Counted from the first letter of the stretch, positions 30,083 to 41,049 are shown. The stretch is DNA of 64,000 nt from Candidatus Woesearchaeota archaeon (GCA_018221105.1 JAAOYA010000001.1:114812-178811), one strand, 5' to 3'. Notes: generated by a model not told the origin, from the sequence alone. Numbers and translations: made by a program.

Positions 30083-30349
30083 TTATTTTAAAAGTCCTAA
30101 AATTGAGATGTTGAAAGATTTTTTGCACACTGCTCCTAGTTCATCACTGTCAACATTTAATTGTTCTACACTGGTGTTTGTTAGTTTTGCTGCAGCCTCA
30201 ATTTCACTAATAACATTTTTTGGAGCGTTTCGTGACAAAAATACTTTAGAAAGTTTTGATAATCGTAAGTTTTTGATTGTCGAATCTGTTCCAATAACTA
30301 GTTTTTTTGTTTTCAAATTCTTTTTGATTTCTTCTATCACTTTGTTCAC
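30083..30349 (-). CDS. rpl30e: 50S ribosomal protein L30e (L7Ae family)
   Basis: LVIG...T.K, ELGAVCKKSF; position between rpoA2 and nusA. Confidence 0.9.
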   Translation of the reverse strand: MNKVIEEIKKNLKTKKLVIGTDSTIKNLRLSKLSKVFLSRNAPKNVISEIEAAAKLTNTSVEQLNVDSDELGAVCKKSFNISILGLLK

Positions 30350-30350
30350 C

Positions 30351-31481
30351 TTATTTTGTTGATAGTTTAGGCATTCCAGTGCCTGTTGGTATTGGCTGGT
30401 TTATCATAACATTTTCTACAACACTATTAAGATAGTCTTCTTCACCTGTTAGTGCTGCTGAAATTAAGTGTTTTATTGGCGTTTCAAAAGAAGCTCTTGC
30501 TAGAACACTAGCTTTTTCGCTTACGATACCGTAGCGTGTTATTCCTTTAATGCCTCCTGTGACGCACATCATGTCAGCCACTAGTACTATGTGGCGCTCG
30601 TCAATTGTTAATCCTTGAGCGTTAATAACTTTAAAAACTTCGTTCATTACTGCTGTTCTGGCAGCTTCAATTCCAAGGTTTTCTGCAATTTCATAAATAT
30701 CATTAGAAACAGTCCTTGTCTCATCAACAAATTCTAGTTCTAACACTTCTTTTAGTTTACTACCAGCAGTCATTATGACAAATTCTTCGTCGCGTTTTAC
30801 TGGTAAAACGTGAGTGACACCTTTTAATCCGCTCATGTGAATTTTTTTAAGTTTTTCTTTAAGTTTATACAAGTCATTTAGATTGCTTTCCTTGCTTGAA
30901 GGTGCGAGTGTTATTAGCGAACCATCAATTTTGACGTTGACACCTTTTAATCCTTTTTCTAAGATTTTCTTAAGTTGTGCTTGTGCTAAACCATGATCAT
31001 CTAGTTTAGCGCTTAAAATTTCAACTTCTATTTTACCATTCATCAAATCAGTGTTGACTTCTTTGATTATGTCTTGCAGTGTTGATTGTTTGATCAGTAA
31101 TGCTAGTTTTCTGATGTCTTTTCCTTTATTGTAAGGTGCTTTTAGGTAAACATCCATCATTGGAGTTGCAATGTTTTTTCTGCCATCAAAAACTTCTATG
31201 ATTCTTGGCAGGCCAGTGGTAACGTTCATTTCACTGACTCCTGCAAAGTGAAATGTGTTTAATGTCATTTGTGTTCCAGGTTCTCCTATACTTTCAGCAG
31301 CTATTATTCCGACTGCTTCTCCTGGAGCTACTTGTGCGTCAAGGTATTCTTGTAGTGTTGTTTCAAAGATTTTTTTAGCTCTTGTTTTGTTAATTTTTTG
31401 AGCTGTTAGTTTATCTTTTAACTCGCCAAGTAGTTTTACTGGCAGTTTGCCTGTGTATTCTTTTACTAAACTTTCGACCAT
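30351..31481 (-). CDS. rpoA2: RNA polymerase subunit A''
   Basis: [31 protein letters not shown]. Confidence 0.98.
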   Translation of the reverse strand: MVESLVKEYTGKLPVKLLGELKDKLTAQKINKTRAKKIFETTLQEYLDAQVAPGEAVGIIAAESIGEPGTQMTLNTFHFAGVSEMNVTTGLPRIIEVFDGRKNIATPMMDVYLKAPYNKGKDIRKLALLIKQSTLQDIIKEVNTDLMNGKIEVEILSAKLDDHGLAQAQLKKILEKGLKGVNVKIDGSLITLAPSSKESNLNDLYKLKEKLKKIHMSGLKGVTHVLPVKRDEEFVIMTAGSKLKEVLELEFVDETRTVSNDIYEIAENLGIEAARTAVMNEVFKVINAQGLTIDERHIVLVADMMCVTGGIKGITRYGIVSEKASVLARASFETPIKHLISAALTGEEDYLNSVVENVMINQPIPTGTGMPKLSTK

Positions 31482-31492
31482 TATATTACCTT

Positions 31493-34063
31493 TTATTGTG
31501 TTGATTTTATTATTTCGTCAACGTTTATGACTCCACCTTCACTTTTTGAAACGTCAACACCGTCGCCACCATACTTAAATTGTACTATTTTGTTATTCGC
31601 GTCACGCACTGTGTGATCATAATTGACTTTTAAGTCTTGCAGGGCGTTTGCAAGTCTCCTATAAAGATATCCTGATTTTGGAGTTCTAAGTGCTGTGTCC
31701 ATCAGGGAATCACGACCAGTCATTGCACCAAAGAAGAATTCTGCTGGGGCAAGACCTTTTTTAAAATTATTTTTGATAAAACCTCTGGCATCAGGTGTTA
31801 AATCATTTTCTTTAAAGTGCGATAGTGTTCTGTTCTTGTAACCTTTACCAATTCGACCACCGCTTAGGGCTTGTTGTCCTACGCACGCTGCCATTTGCGC
31901 AAGGTTTATGATGTTTCCGCGAGCACCACTTTTCACCATTACCATTGAAGGACTTGTTTGATTTGCGTTTTGTGCTACTACTCGTCCGGTGTTGTCACGT
32001 GCTTTGTTTAATAATTCTAGGATTCTTAACTCTAGTGTTTCCATTGCTGTTTTTCCTGGAAGCACTTCTAGTGTTCCTTCATGGAATTTTTTGATAAAGT
32101 CTTTACTGTCTACTTGTGCTTGTGCTAGTATTTGACTGATTTCTTCTTCTGCTTTTTGAGGCAGGTCAGTATCGGCAAGGCCTATGGTGAAACCTTTTCT
32201 AAGAAGTATTTCTATTCCCAGGCGGTATAATTGGCCAAGTGTCAGTATTGTTTTGTCTTCACCATATTTTTTAATTAGCATTCGAAGTAGTAGCCCGCTG
32301 CCTTCTCCAAGGTTTGCCTTATCTAAAATACCTTTTATTAGCTTGCCATTTTTTATTATTACTTCGTTACCATCACGACTTTTGCCTGTAAAATTAAAGT
32401 CTTTTTCAAACAAACAACTTATTAGTTCTTTACCTGTTACAATATCCTTTTTTGGCAGTCTGCTAAAATCGTCAACTCCTATATTGTATAATATGTCTGA
32501 TGCTTCTTTGTGAGAAAATTCCAGTTGGCTTGTAAGCAAATAATTTCCTGATAGTGCGTCTTGATTGCAACCAATAATTGATAGTCCATAGCGTGGACTG
32601 ATTAGTTGTGTTTGCACTTGCATTAATATTTCTGCCTCAGCTCTCGCTTCTTCTGTTTGTGGGATGTGAAGGTTCATTTCATCACCATCAAAATCTGCGT
32701 TGTAAGGCGCACAAACTGCAGGATTTAATCTTAGTGTCTTGCCAGGTAATACTCTGACGCGATGACACATCATGCTCATACGGTGCAGTGATGGTTGACG
32801 GTTAAACAGTGCGATGTCGCCATCAAGTAAGTGCCTCTCAACACTGTAACCAGGCTCTATTTCTTCAAGTAATTGTTCTTTTGTTTCATCAGTTATTTTC
32901 TTTTTCTTCTCGTCAGGTCTGATTATATAGTTTGCTCCAGGGTATTCTTTTGGACCATTTTTAACATATTCTTTTACGTGTTTGATGTTCCACTCTGTGA
33001 TTTTTTCTGGAACTGTAAGTTTCATTGCGGTAATAAGAGGCACTCCAACTTCATAAATTTCTAGCATCGGGTCTGGGCTGATAACTGTTCGAGCGCTAAA
33101 ATTAGTACGTTTTCCAGCAAGATTATGCCTGATACGCCCCTCTTTGCTTTTGATTCGTTCAGTAATAGTTTTTAATGGTTGGCCGCTACGATGCCTTGCT
33201 GGCGGCAATTGTGGAACAGCATTGTCAAAAAACGTGGTGACGTGATATTGTAGTAAATCCCACAAGTCTTCAACAATTATTTCTGGCGCACCAGCATTAA
33301 TATTTTCAAATAATCGTTGGTTGATTCGTACAATATCTCCTAGTTTGTGTGTTAGATCGTCTTCTGAGCGCTCACCACTCTCTAAAGTGATTGACGGGCG
33401 CATTGTAACTGGAGGTATTGCTAATAGTGTTAATATCATCCATTCAGGTCTTGCGTGTTCAGGGTTTAAGCCAAATAATTGGATGTCATCATCTGAAATT
33501 TTTTCTAATCTTGTCCTAATCTCTATTGGCGATAATCTTTTTTCGCCTTCAAAATAGGTTGTTGGTTTTTCAATAGTGATTTTTTCTTGTTTTGCATTAC
33601 AATGAGGGCATTTTGTCGTGCTTTTCATGCCATCGACCAGTCCTTTGGTTCTTTTTGTTCTACCAGTTGTTGTTGTTTCTTCATCGCCTTCTTCAATACT
33701 GGTTATGATATTTTTAAGTTTTGAAGCTTCAACCATTGGTTTTGTGCATTCGTTGCAAATGCTTCGTAAAATATTCAGTATTAGTGGTGCGTATTTAATG
33801 TGCATTATTGGGCGTGCTAGTTCTATGTGGCCAAAGTGTCCTGTGCACTCTTTTAGTTTTGAGCCGCAAGTTTTACATTTTATTGCAGGGTCGATGACTC
33901 CCATTCTAATGTCCATTAACCCGCCGTCTACAGGGTAGCCTTCTTTGTCGTATAATTCTGGCGTGACTACTTTAATACTGCTCATTTGCTTGATCATTTT
34001 TGGGCTTAACATTCCAAAAATAATGCTTTTGACTTCCCGAAATACATATTGTTGTTCTACCAT
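31493..34063 (-). CDS. rpoA1: RNA polymerase subunit A'
   Basis: [11 protein letters not shown] catalytic motif, [17 protein letters not shown]. Confidence 0.99.
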   Translation of the reverse strand: MVEQQYVFREVKSIIFGMLSPKMIKQMSSIKVVTPELYDKEGYPVDGGLMDIRMGVIDPAIKCKTCGSKLKECTGHFGHIELARPIMHIKYAPLILNILRSICNECTKPMVEASKLKNIITSIEEGDEETTTTGRTKRTKGLVDGMKSTTKCPHCNAKQEKITIEKPTTYFEGEKRLSPIEIRTRLEKISDDDIQLFGLNPEHARPEWMILTLLAIPPVTMRPSITLESGERSEDDLTHKLGDIVRINQRLFENINAGAPEIIVEDLWDLLQYHVTTFFDNAVPQLPPARHRSGQPLKTITERIKSKEGRIRHNLAGKRTNFSARTVISPDPMLEIYEVGVPLITAMKLTVPEKITEWNIKHVKEYVKNGPKEYPGANYIIRPDEKKKKITDETKEQLLEEIEPGYSVERHLLDGDIALFNRQPSLHRMSMMCHRVRVLPGKTLRLNPAVCAPYNADFDGDEMNLHIPQTEEARAEAEILMQVQTQLISPRYGLSIIGCNQDALSGNYLLTSQLEFSHKEASDILYNIGVDDFSRLPKKDIVTGKELISCLFEKDFNFTGKSRDGNEVIIKNGKLIKGILDKANLGEGSGLLLRMLIKKYGEDKTILTLGQLYRLGIEILLRKGFTIGLADTDLPQKAEEEISQILAQAQVDSKDFIKKFHEGTLEVLPGKTAMETLELRILELLNKARDNTGRVVAQNANQTSPSMVMVKSGARGNIINLAQMAACVGQQALSGGRIGKGYKNRTLSHFKENDLTPDARGFIKNNFKKGLAPAEFFFGAMTGRDSLMDTALRTPKSGYLYRRLANALQDLKVNYDHTVRDANNKIVQFKYGGDGVDVSKSEGGVINVDEIIKSTQ

Positions 34064-34066
34064 TTT

Positions 34067-35869
34067 CTAATATTTATCCTTCAATACAATTTTTGGCAGT
34101 ATGCCTAGACTTTTAAACTCATCAAGTATTAATTTGAACGCATAGCTCATGTCTATGTTGCTAATTTCTGAGTTGTCACCGCACACCGGGCAAAAACTTT
34201 TCTTTTTAAACTCGTTGTAAACTCCTATTAAACCGCAAGTTTCACAAACTGGAACTGTTGCTTTATCACTGTCAAAGCGCTCTTTTAATAATAGGCTTGT
34301 GCCATGAGCTACAAAGGTATCTTTTTCCATCTCTCCAAGTCTCAAACCTCCTTCTTTTGCACGGCCTTCTGTTGGTTGGCGCGTTAGTAGTTGTATTGGA
34401 CCTCTTGCTCTTGAGTGGATGCGGTTTGCCACCATGTGTTTTAGTTTTAAATAGTACATTGAGCCAATGAATATTTTGGCTTCTAATTGCTGACCTGTTT
34501 GACCGTTGTATAATGTTTCTGTGCCATTTTCTCTAAAGCCCAGACCCAGTAATTCTTGGCGTAATTCTTTTTCTGGTTCTGCGTCAAAAGTGGTTCCATT
34601 AATGTATCGTCCTGCCATAGCGCCTGTTTTTCCAGCTACTAATTCTATTAAGTGATTCATTGTCATCCTTGATGGAATACCGTGCGGGCTAAACAGTAAG
34701 TCTGGCGTGATGCCGTTTGTTGAAAAAGGCATGTCAGAGTGTGGGACTATCAGTCCAATTACTCCTTTTTGTCCGTAACGACTGATGAACTTGTCACCAA
34801 TTTCAGGAGTTCTTTCCTCACGCATTTTAACGTGTAATAATTTATTGCCTTCTTCATTTTCAGTAAGTAGTACAAAATCGACTGTTCCACCATCACCGTG
34901 ACTGATGTTAATAGAGCTTTCACGTCTAAAATTAGTCATTAGGTTATAATCGTCCATTGATGATAAGAATCTTGGAGGGCTTGTTTTTCCTATTACAACA
35001 TCTCCTTCTTTTACTCTGGCTTCAGGATATACTATTCCATCGTCTTCTAAGAATTTGTAATCTTCTTCTGAGCGGTAGCCTTTGACATCTTTATCAGGCA
35101 GTCCAATCTCATCTGTTAGTCCTCCTGCATAACGTAATTCTTCAGCACTGTTTGGCCTATAATAAAAGCTTCGCCCTAATCCTCGCTCAATACTGCCTTT
35201 ATTGATGACTATTGCATCTTCCATGTTATAGCCTTTATAGGATAGTACTGCCACTATAATGTTCTGGCCTGATGGGTGTTTATCATAATCGCTTAACTCG
35301 TGCATTAACGTGTTAACTATTGGTTTTTGAGCGTTAACTAATAAGTTAACGTCCATGTCCATTCTTACTGAATAATTAGCAGCGTAAAATCCTAGTGCTT
35401 GTTTTTGGTTTTTAGAACCTTGTAATAATCGCACTCCATGACTAAAATTGCCGTAAGGTAGTAGTGCTGTTGTTATTCCAACAAGTCCTAATGGTGTGAT
35501 TTCAAGGTGTGTGTGCTCTGGTGTTAACTCTTCTTCTAAAAATGCCACTAGTGCATTTTCTTCTTCTGCAGCGTCTAAATACTCGATAACTCCTTGTTTT
35601 AATAAATCGTCCCAGCTAAGCTCGTTTTTCTCGACTTGTTTTTTTAGTATTTCATCAAATAATGGTTTGCCATCTTTGACAACTATTAATGGTCTGCGAG
35701 CACGCCACTTGGTGTTTTCAATATAAACTGTGTCTAATGGTTTGTCATAGTAAACGTTTACGTTGTTTGTAACATTATTTTTTCGGCGTTCGTCCTTGAT
35801 TGCTTGTATAAAAGATTGCCAATTATCTGTTTCTCCAACGTGTTGACTGTTTAAAAAGACTTCACTCAT
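34067..35869 (-). CDS. rpoB1: RNA polymerase subunit B' (C-terminal half of split RpoB)
   Basis: GYNMEDA, GDKF.SR.GQKG, GGLRLGEME, zinc ribbon. Confidence 0.98.
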   Translation of the reverse strand: MSEVFLNSQHVGETDNWQSFIQAIKDERRKNNVTNNVNVYYDKPLDTVYIENTKWRARRPLIVVKDGKPLFDEILKKQVEKNELSWDDLLKQGVIEYLDAAEEENALVAFLEEELTPEHTHLEITPLGLVGITTALLPYGNFSHGVRLLQGSKNQKQALGFYAANYSVRMDMDVNLLVNAQKPIVNTLMHELSDYDKHPSGQNIIVAVLSYKGYNMEDAIVINKGSIERGLGRSFYYRPNSAEELRYAGGLTDEIGLPDKDVKGYRSEEDYKFLEDDGIVYPEARVKEGDVVIGKTSPPRFLSSMDDYNLMTNFRRESSINISHGDGGTVDFVLLTENEEGNKLLHVKMREERTPEIGDKFISRYGQKGVIGLIVPHSDMPFSTNGITPDLLFSPHGIPSRMTMNHLIELVAGKTGAMAGRYINGTTFDAEPEKELRQELLGLGFRENGTETLYNGQTGQQLEAKIFIGSMYYLKLKHMVANRIHSRARGPIQLLTRQPTEGRAKEGGLRLGEMEKDTFVAHGTSLLLKERFDSDKATVPVCETCGLIGVYNEFKKKSFCPVCGDNSEISNIDMSYAFKLILDEFKSLGILPKIVLKDKY

Positions 35870-37356
35870 TATTTCACCTTTGGCTGTTTTAGCCCTGCTG
35901 TTTTTAAGATTTTCAGTAATTGTTCGTTGTCTTCATCACGACTAACGTTTACGAATAATGCCATGTTTTTCCTAAGTCCAATGTTGGTTCCTTCTGGCGT
36001 TTCAATAGGGCACAATCGTCCTAAGTGTGTAGGGTGTAATGCTCTTGCGGCAAAATTTTCCTGAGAGCTTGATAATGGGCTGACAATTCTTTGCAAGTGG
36101 CTTAACATGTCTAAATGGTTTAATCGTTGTATTCTTTGACTTATTCCTTTTCGTCCGCCAACCCAATTGCCTGTTGCCATACTGCTGTAAATTCTTTGTG
36201 TTAGTAAATTATCTCGTATTGTAACTCTAATTGATGGAAATTTTCCACGTTTTACAATGCGCTGAAAGTTGTATAACATGTCACCAATTAATACTTTCAT
36301 GTTGACTCGCAGTAAGTCTGCCAGCAAGTCTCCTGCTAGTTTTAATCTTTTGTTCTTGTAATGATCTTTATCATCTAATTCTATTTGACCGTTTGATGCC
36401 ATAATGAATTTTTTTAGCATTTTGCAAAGATTACGAGCTTTTTCTAAATTGTCTTTTTCATCATCGCCAATGTGTGGCATGAAATAACGGGTTAATATTT
36501 CTTTTACTCGTTCTATTCTAATCTCGCGTGTTTGAGCAATACCAGTTTTTCTTGCAACACTGTCTAGCGCGTCATCTAATGTTTTGATATCTGTAAACTC
36601 GTACAAGTTCAAAAGCACTTCATCAAATTGTTGGTCGCTAATAGTCTTCATTATTTCTTCATCTTTTAGCATTCCTAAAGCTTTCAAAACAACAATTACT
36701 GGAACTCTTTTAACGCGAGTAAATGTAATGTAATATATGCCATCTTTTAATCGCTCCATTGTGTGAGGAATCTTATAAGAGCCTTTTTCACTGAATAGTT
36801 TTGCAATAAACTCGCTAATGCCGACAGTTTGGCGCTCTACTAATACTTGGTTTGGTGCTAAGTCTTCAATTGTGATTAATGCTTTTTCAGAACCATTAAT
36901 TACAAAATAGCCTCCAGTGTCATCAGGGTCCTCACCTTTTTTTATTAGTTCTTCACGATTAAGACCGTTAAGGTGACAGTGGTTGCTTTTAAGCATTATT
37001 GGAAGCATACCGATCTGTGTTTCAAAATTTTCTCGTTGCACGCCATTGATATGCGCACTAACTGATAAGTAAACAGGAGCGGCATAACTGATTTTTCTAA
37101 GTCTTGCTTCTACTGGATAAATAGGTCTTCTTGAACCGTCAGCTTCTGTGATTTCTGGTTTTCCAACTCTAATCTTGTCAAATTTTATTTTAAACTCTTC
37201 AACATTATGAGGGATAATTGTAGGTTCGATATTTCCTAACTCATCAACAATTTGTTGTAATTCTTTTTCTAGAAAATTATTAAACGAGATAATACTACTA
37301 TTGACTTGTGAGTGTTCTTGAAAATATTTTTTAACTAACACATCATTTCTTCTCAT
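35869..37356 (-). CDS. rpoB2: RNA polymerase subunit B'' (N-terminal half of split RpoB)
   Basis: P.EARLR, GGYFVINGSE, CPIETPEG.NIGL.KN. Confidence 0.98.
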   Translation of the reverse strand: MRRNDVLVKKYFQEHSQVNSSIISFNNFLEKELQQIVDELGNIEPTIIPHNVEEFKIKFDKIRVGKPEITEADGSRRPIYPVEARLRKISYAAPVYLSVSAHINGVQRENFETQIGMLPIMLKSNHCHLNGLNREELIKKGEDPDDTGGYFVINGSEKALITIEDLAPNQVLVERQTVGISEFIAKLFSEKGSYKIPHTMERLKDGIYYITFTRVKRVPVIVVLKALGMLKDEEIMKTISDQQFDEVLLNLYEFTDIKTLDDALDSVARKTGIAQTREIRIERVKEILTRYFMPHIGDDEKDNLEKARNLCKMLKKFIMASNGQIELDDKDHYKNKRLKLAGDLLADLLRVNMKVLIGDMLYNFQRIVKRGKFPSIRVTIRDNLLTQRIYSSMATGNWVGGRKGISQRIQRLNHLDMLSHLQRIVSPLSSSQENFAARALHPTHLGRLCPIETPEGTNIGLRKNMALFVNVSRDEDNEQLLKILKTAGLKQPKVK

Positions 37357-37586
37357 TGTACACCCCTAAAATACTCGCTTTTTCCTGCTGTTGGACTGTC
37401 ACGATCAATTTTTACAACATCGCCCTTTACAAGTTTTAAATGAGTTATTGCTGGATCGCTAGCTAGAATTATTGGCAAATCATTAAAATTGATGTTATGC
37501 TTGTCAAAAAGCTTTTTTTGCTCTGCTTCACTGAGCTTTGAGTGCTTCGGCACTAATATGTGTTTTGTTGGATCAACTTTTGGCAA
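37353..37586 (-). CDS. rpoH: RNA polymerase subunit H
   Basis: H.LVPKH, LP.I...DPA, GDVVKI.R.SPTAG. Confidence 0.97.
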   Translation of the reverse strand: MPKVDPTKHILVPKHSKLSEAEQKKLFDKHNINFNDLPIILASDPAITHLKLVKGDVVKIDRDSPTAGKSEYFRGVQ

Positions 37587-37618
37587 CTTAACAATCCCTC
37601 TGAATACTTTTTTTTTAA

Positions 37619-37714
37619 TGGGCCGGACGAGGTTCGAACTCGCGACCGCCCGATTTCATCAGCGACCAAAATCGCTTAAAAGTCGGGTGCTCTACCAGGC
37701 TGAGCTACCGGCCC
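37619..37714 (-). tRNA. tRNA-Lys(UUU) with 22-nt intron at 37/38 (37655-37676)
   Basis: GGGCCGG/CCGGCCC acceptor stem, CCCGA-CTTTTA[intron]A-TCGGG, TTCGAAC T-loop. Confidence 0.93.
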
Positions 37715-37725
37715 AGGACTTTAAA

Positions 37726-37817
37726 CGCCCTGGCCGGGATTTGAACCCGGGTCGGAGCCTATCCGTCCGAAAACGGTCGACAGGGCTCCATGATAGGCCA
37801 GGCTACACTACCAGGGC
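37726..37817 (-). tRNA. tRNA-Asp(GUC) with 16-nt intron at 37/38 (37761-37776)
   Basis: GCCCTGG/CCAGGGC acceptor, GAGCC-CTGTCG[ACCGTTTCGGACGGAT]A-GGCTC; canonical BHB (CUGU/ACGG). Confidence 0.95.
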
Positions 37818-37828
37818 AGCGTTTTGTT

Positions 37829-37889
37829 AGTGAAACAGCATAGTTTTGTGTGGTGGCGATATGTTGTTGTGGTTTAGAACTGTTTCACT
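37829..37889. repeat. 10-bp perfect inverted repeat upstream of tRNA-Asp
   Basis: AGTGAAACAG (37829-37838) / CTGTTTCACT (37880-37889). Confidence 0.7.
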
Positions 37890-38011
37890 TTATAACCTGG
37901 CATTTTGTCTTTGTTTATAAACTTATTGATTGTATTCGACAGAAAACTTCCAGGTTATTAATATACTTTTCGGTTTTTAACCTATACTTAATGATATTTT
38001 CTTATCTGATG

Positions 38012-38281
38012 TTAAATTTGTTGTTTATCTTCTTTTTCGTAGAGTATTTCGTTTACAAGCTTTCCTAATTCTCGCCAGGTAGGCGGACATTCAGTAATAA
38101 TTGCATCCCATAAAATCATTATTTTAAAGGAGCCATGCGTTTTTGCAGACCAAGTTAGTCTAAAGGATTCCGCATGTTTACCATAGCCTAGACTTATTTC
38201 GTTATTTTTAGAATCATAAAAAAATGTTAGCTGGGGCTTACGGGTTTCTTCAATCCTAGGCCCCGAGTACACGGGAGTCAT
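38012..38281 (-). CDS. Hypothetical protein
   Basis: 89 aa ORF with TTTAAATT TATA upstream. Confidence 0.55.
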   Translation of the reverse strand: MTPVYSGPRIEETRKPQLTFFYDSKNNEISLGYGKHAESFRLTWSAKTHGSFKIMILWDAIITECPPTWRELGKLVNEILYEKEDKQQI

Positions 38282-38353
38282 TTTGCTAAGGTTATTGTGT
38301 CTTAAATTTAAAGTTTGCGCTAGATTTTTATATAAGATTCTTTGTCGTTTTGC

Positions 38354-38917
38354 ATGGTATTAAACACTAAGTGTGAGAATCCTTGCGTTGATGCACTCCA
38401 TTATTGTGAGAGTTATGCTGGTGTTAACGCTGACAAAACAGGTTTGTTGTTTGTTCTTAACAGGCCAGATAAAAGGATTTTGCAACCAAGCTTGCTCGAA
38501 AATGATAGTTGGATTAATATTTTGATGCGCTCACAAACAGGCAAAATACTTTTTGAACTATTAGATCATTCTAACTTGACACTTGATGATGTGATATTAA
38601 CTAATGCTTTCAAATGCACCCTGCCTGGTGATCGCGAGCCAAAAAAACACGAATACCAAAATTGTGTTGAAGTTTTAGAGAAACAAATAGAACAGATCGA
38701 TCCTAAAAAGGTCATTCTGATGGGTCGATTGGCATACGAAGCACTGTTCAAAACTAATCTTAACGGTCAACGTTTTGATACAGAATTGGTAGGCAGCAGC
38801 ACAACTTACGATGGAATTCTAACACTGATAACGCATCATCCTGGCAGGATATGGAGAATGCCTCCTGAAGAAAGACTTCCTCATTATGAGCGGGTAAAAC
38901 AATTCTTAGAATATTAA
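38354..38917 (+). CDS. Uracil-DNA glycosylase superfamily protein (family 4-like, divergent)
   Basis: TG..L..LL, TNAFKC.....R.P...E...C, I.LMG..A, THHP. Confidence 0.8.
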   Translation: MVLNTKCENPCVDALHYCESYAGVNADKTGLLFVLNRPDKRILQPSLLENDSWINILMRSQTGKILFELLDHSNLTLDDVILTNAFKCTLPGDREPKKHEYQNCVEVLEKQIEQIDPKKVILMGRLAYEALFKTNLNGQRFDTELVGSSTTYDGILTLITHHPGRIWRMPPEERLPHYERVKQFLEY

Positions 38918-38918
38918 G

Positions 38919-39045
38919 TCCCCCCACCGAGATTTGAACTCGGGACCTTTCGGTTTCAGCTGACAACACTTCATCAAAAGCAGTTAGTGCTTGTTTTCTG
39001 CGTTGTTTCTACAGCCGAACGCTCTAGCCACTGAGCTATGGGGGG
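38919..39045 (-). tRNA. tRNA-Tyr(GUA) with 54-nt intron at 37/38 (38955-39008)
   Basis: CCCCCCA/TGGGGGG acceptor (archaeal C1:G72), TTCGG-CTGTAG[intron]A-CCGAA, TTCAAAT T-loop. Confidence 0.93.
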
Positions 39046-39091
39046 ATTGATAACTGTAAGAATTTGATGATATTTAATAAGTTTTCGAAAA

Positions 39092-40567
39092 CTAAGTTAT
39101 TTTTTCAGAAGGCTCGATTTCTGGCAGTTCAGGCGTCTTAATCGATAATTTATTACTTGATGTCGAGCTTTTGCTATTGTCAAAGAAAAAAGTCATGCGT
39201 GTAGGTTCAATGTCTAAGCTTCCAACAATGTCTAATTTGCTTTTAATACGATAAATTATTAATCTTTCCTCGTGAGCTTCAACTTTGGGTATTTTCCATT
39301 CAATAAATGTTTTGTTTGCTTTTTTACCAACTCTTGACGGGCGTAGCGTTCCTTCAACATATTCTTGCACTACATCTACCACTCTTGGTAATTGTTCTAT
39401 TACTACTACATTGTCTAATTCTTTTGGAGTACGATTTTTAAGGTTTAACAATATTTTTGCTTCGTGAAATCCTCCTGTGTCAACGTCAACAAATTGTGCT
39501 TTTTTAGTGACTATTATTGGGCTTCTAAACATGTAATAGCCTGTGACTGTTAAAATAATGATTAATAATATGTAAATTGGAAGTCTATAATTAGTAGTTA
39601 TTGTTATAGTGATTTGTTCTCCTGGAGCTAATGTTAATTGCATTACTTTGTTGCGAACACCGCTAATTCTGATAACTTCACTTTTATAATCAACATTTGT
39701 TATAAGATCTTTAAAAAATCCTAATGGTATCACAAGATTTTCTGTTTTTTCTATGTTGCCATCATTTTCTAAATTTATTATGGTTGTGGGTTTTAAGAAC
39801 TTATCAATCAACTCGTCAGTTTTTAAAAATGTGCTGAACTGTCCTATTTCATAATTCTTTTTTTCAAAAGTGATAATTTTTGAACCTTTTGCAACAGCTA
39901 ATAATAAACTGTCTTTTCCTGGTGGAGTGGTGGATGCTAACTCTTGTTCAAAAGTTAGTGATTGTTTGCCAAGAGGCGTCAAAGTTATTCTTTTCTCGGC
40001 TTCAAAATATGAACTTTTAATTTTCACTGTGACATTTTCAATTCTTTCAACTTTATTATTTTGTAAGTTAACATTAATAGTGAGTGGAATTCTAGGGTCT
40101 ACTATTTGAGGGACATCTAAAAAAACAGTCACGTTTTCTGCCTTTTTTGGAATGACTGTGATCTCAAAAATTCTGCTCAGAATTTGTTCAGTCGTTGAAC
40201 TTCTAAAATCGATTCTTATACTGTAAGTTCCTAACGTTATCGCTTCAGAGCTTTTAATCATTAATTTTAATTGTGCGCTGCTGCCAGCACTAACTGGCAC
40301 TCCTGTTGTATAATAGGTTAGGGGGTTTGTTAGAACACTCCAGCCTAAATCACGAGGCGGCACTATAGTGTAAGTATCTCGACTGTTTAAATTGTTTGAT
40401 ATTTTAACATTAAAAGCTGCTTGTTCACCAGGGCTTATCACGTTATCGACTGGTGATTGTTCAACATTGAAGTCCACTGGTGTAATTTCAAAGCCTATCT
40501 CTTTCGCTCCAAAGGCGCTTACAGCTAAAAAAATTGTTAATAGTGCTATCAATATTACTTTTTTCAT
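39092..40567 (-). CDS. Cell-surface protein with signal peptide, Ig/CARDB-like beta domains and one TM helix
   Basis: MKKVILIALL..AVSA signal; PGE.A.F.V.I.N-type repeats; TM near aa 340. Confidence 0.7.
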   Translation of the reverse strand: MKKVILIALLTIFLAVSAFGAKEIGFEITPVDFNVEQSPVDNVISPGEQAAFNVKISNNLNSRDTYTIVPPRDLGWSVLTNPLTYYTTGVPVSAGSSAQLKLMIKSSEAITLGTYSIRIDFRSSTTEQILSRIFEITVIPKKAENVTVFLDVPQIVDPRIPLTINVNLQNNKVERIENVTVKIKSSYFEAEKRITLTPLGKQSLTFEQELASTTPPGKDSLLLAVAKGSKIITFEKKNYEIGQFSTFLKTDELIDKFLKPTTIINLENDGNIEKTENLVIPLGFFKDLITNVDYKSEVIRISGVRNKVMQLTLAPGEQITITITTNYRLPIYILLIIILTVTGYYMFRSPIIVTKKAQFVDVDTGGFHEAKILLNLKNRTPKELDNVVVIEQLPRVVDVVQEYVEGTLRPSRVGKKANKTFIEWKIPKVEAHEERLIIYRIKSKLDIVGSLDIEPTRMTFFFDNSKSSTSSNKLSIKTPELPEIEPSEKIT

Positions 40568-40658
40568 GTAGTTTACCACCACTTTACAATGATAGACACT
40601 ACTATTTAAATATTTCTAAAACCAATAATTTAAAAATAGTGCTTGTTTTATAGAGGCT

Positions 40659-41048
40659 ATGTTTCGTGTGACTTTAATAAAATCTCGCAGGCCAACAAGT
40701 GCCAACATAAATGAACAATTGCGATATTTTGGTCATTCACTGGGACTTTTAGGAGAGCGTGACAAGGACAAGAGTTGTTTTAGATTGTTTATCGAACTTT
40801 TCAAAAGCACAAAACAAGAACCTTTTAGAACAAGTGATGAACTGGCAAATAGTCTTAATCTGACACGAGCTACAGTAATCCATCACTTATCAAAACTGAT
40901 GGATTCGGGACTGGTAGTGCAAGAGCGCAACAAGTATTGTTTGCGCGAGGAGAGTTTGACAGCGCTTGTTGAAGGATTGGAAAGAGATTTAACAAAAACA
41001 CTTGGCGAGCTTAAAGAGTTAGCAAAACATATTGACAGAACACTATAA
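40659..41048 (+). CDS. ArsR/wHTH-type transcription regulator
   Basis: TSDELANSLNLTRATVIHHLSKLMDSGLV. Confidence 0.85.
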   Translation: MFRVTLIKSRRPTSANINEQLRYFGHSLGLLGERDKDKSCFRLFIELFKSTKQEPFRTSDELANSLNLTRATVIHHLSKLMDSGLVVQERNKYCLREESLTALVEGLERDLTKTLGELKELAKHIDRTL

Positions 41049-41049
41049 A

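Noticed and set aside
34067..37356. Split rpoB as a frameshift or pseudogene
   Set aside because: The B''/B' split is a known natural feature of several archaeal lineages; B' has its own SD and start
37489..37830. 113-aa ORF (also 38760-38969 and 62884-63066)
   Set aside because: These overlap tRNA genes; spurious
37829..37889. Confident H/ACA sRNA call
   Set aside because: The strand with the ACA has no upper stem or K-turn; kept only as an unexplained hairpin
38012..38917. Integrated element at the tRNA-Tyr 3' end
   Set aside because: No integrase and no duplicated tRNA 3' end (att) found
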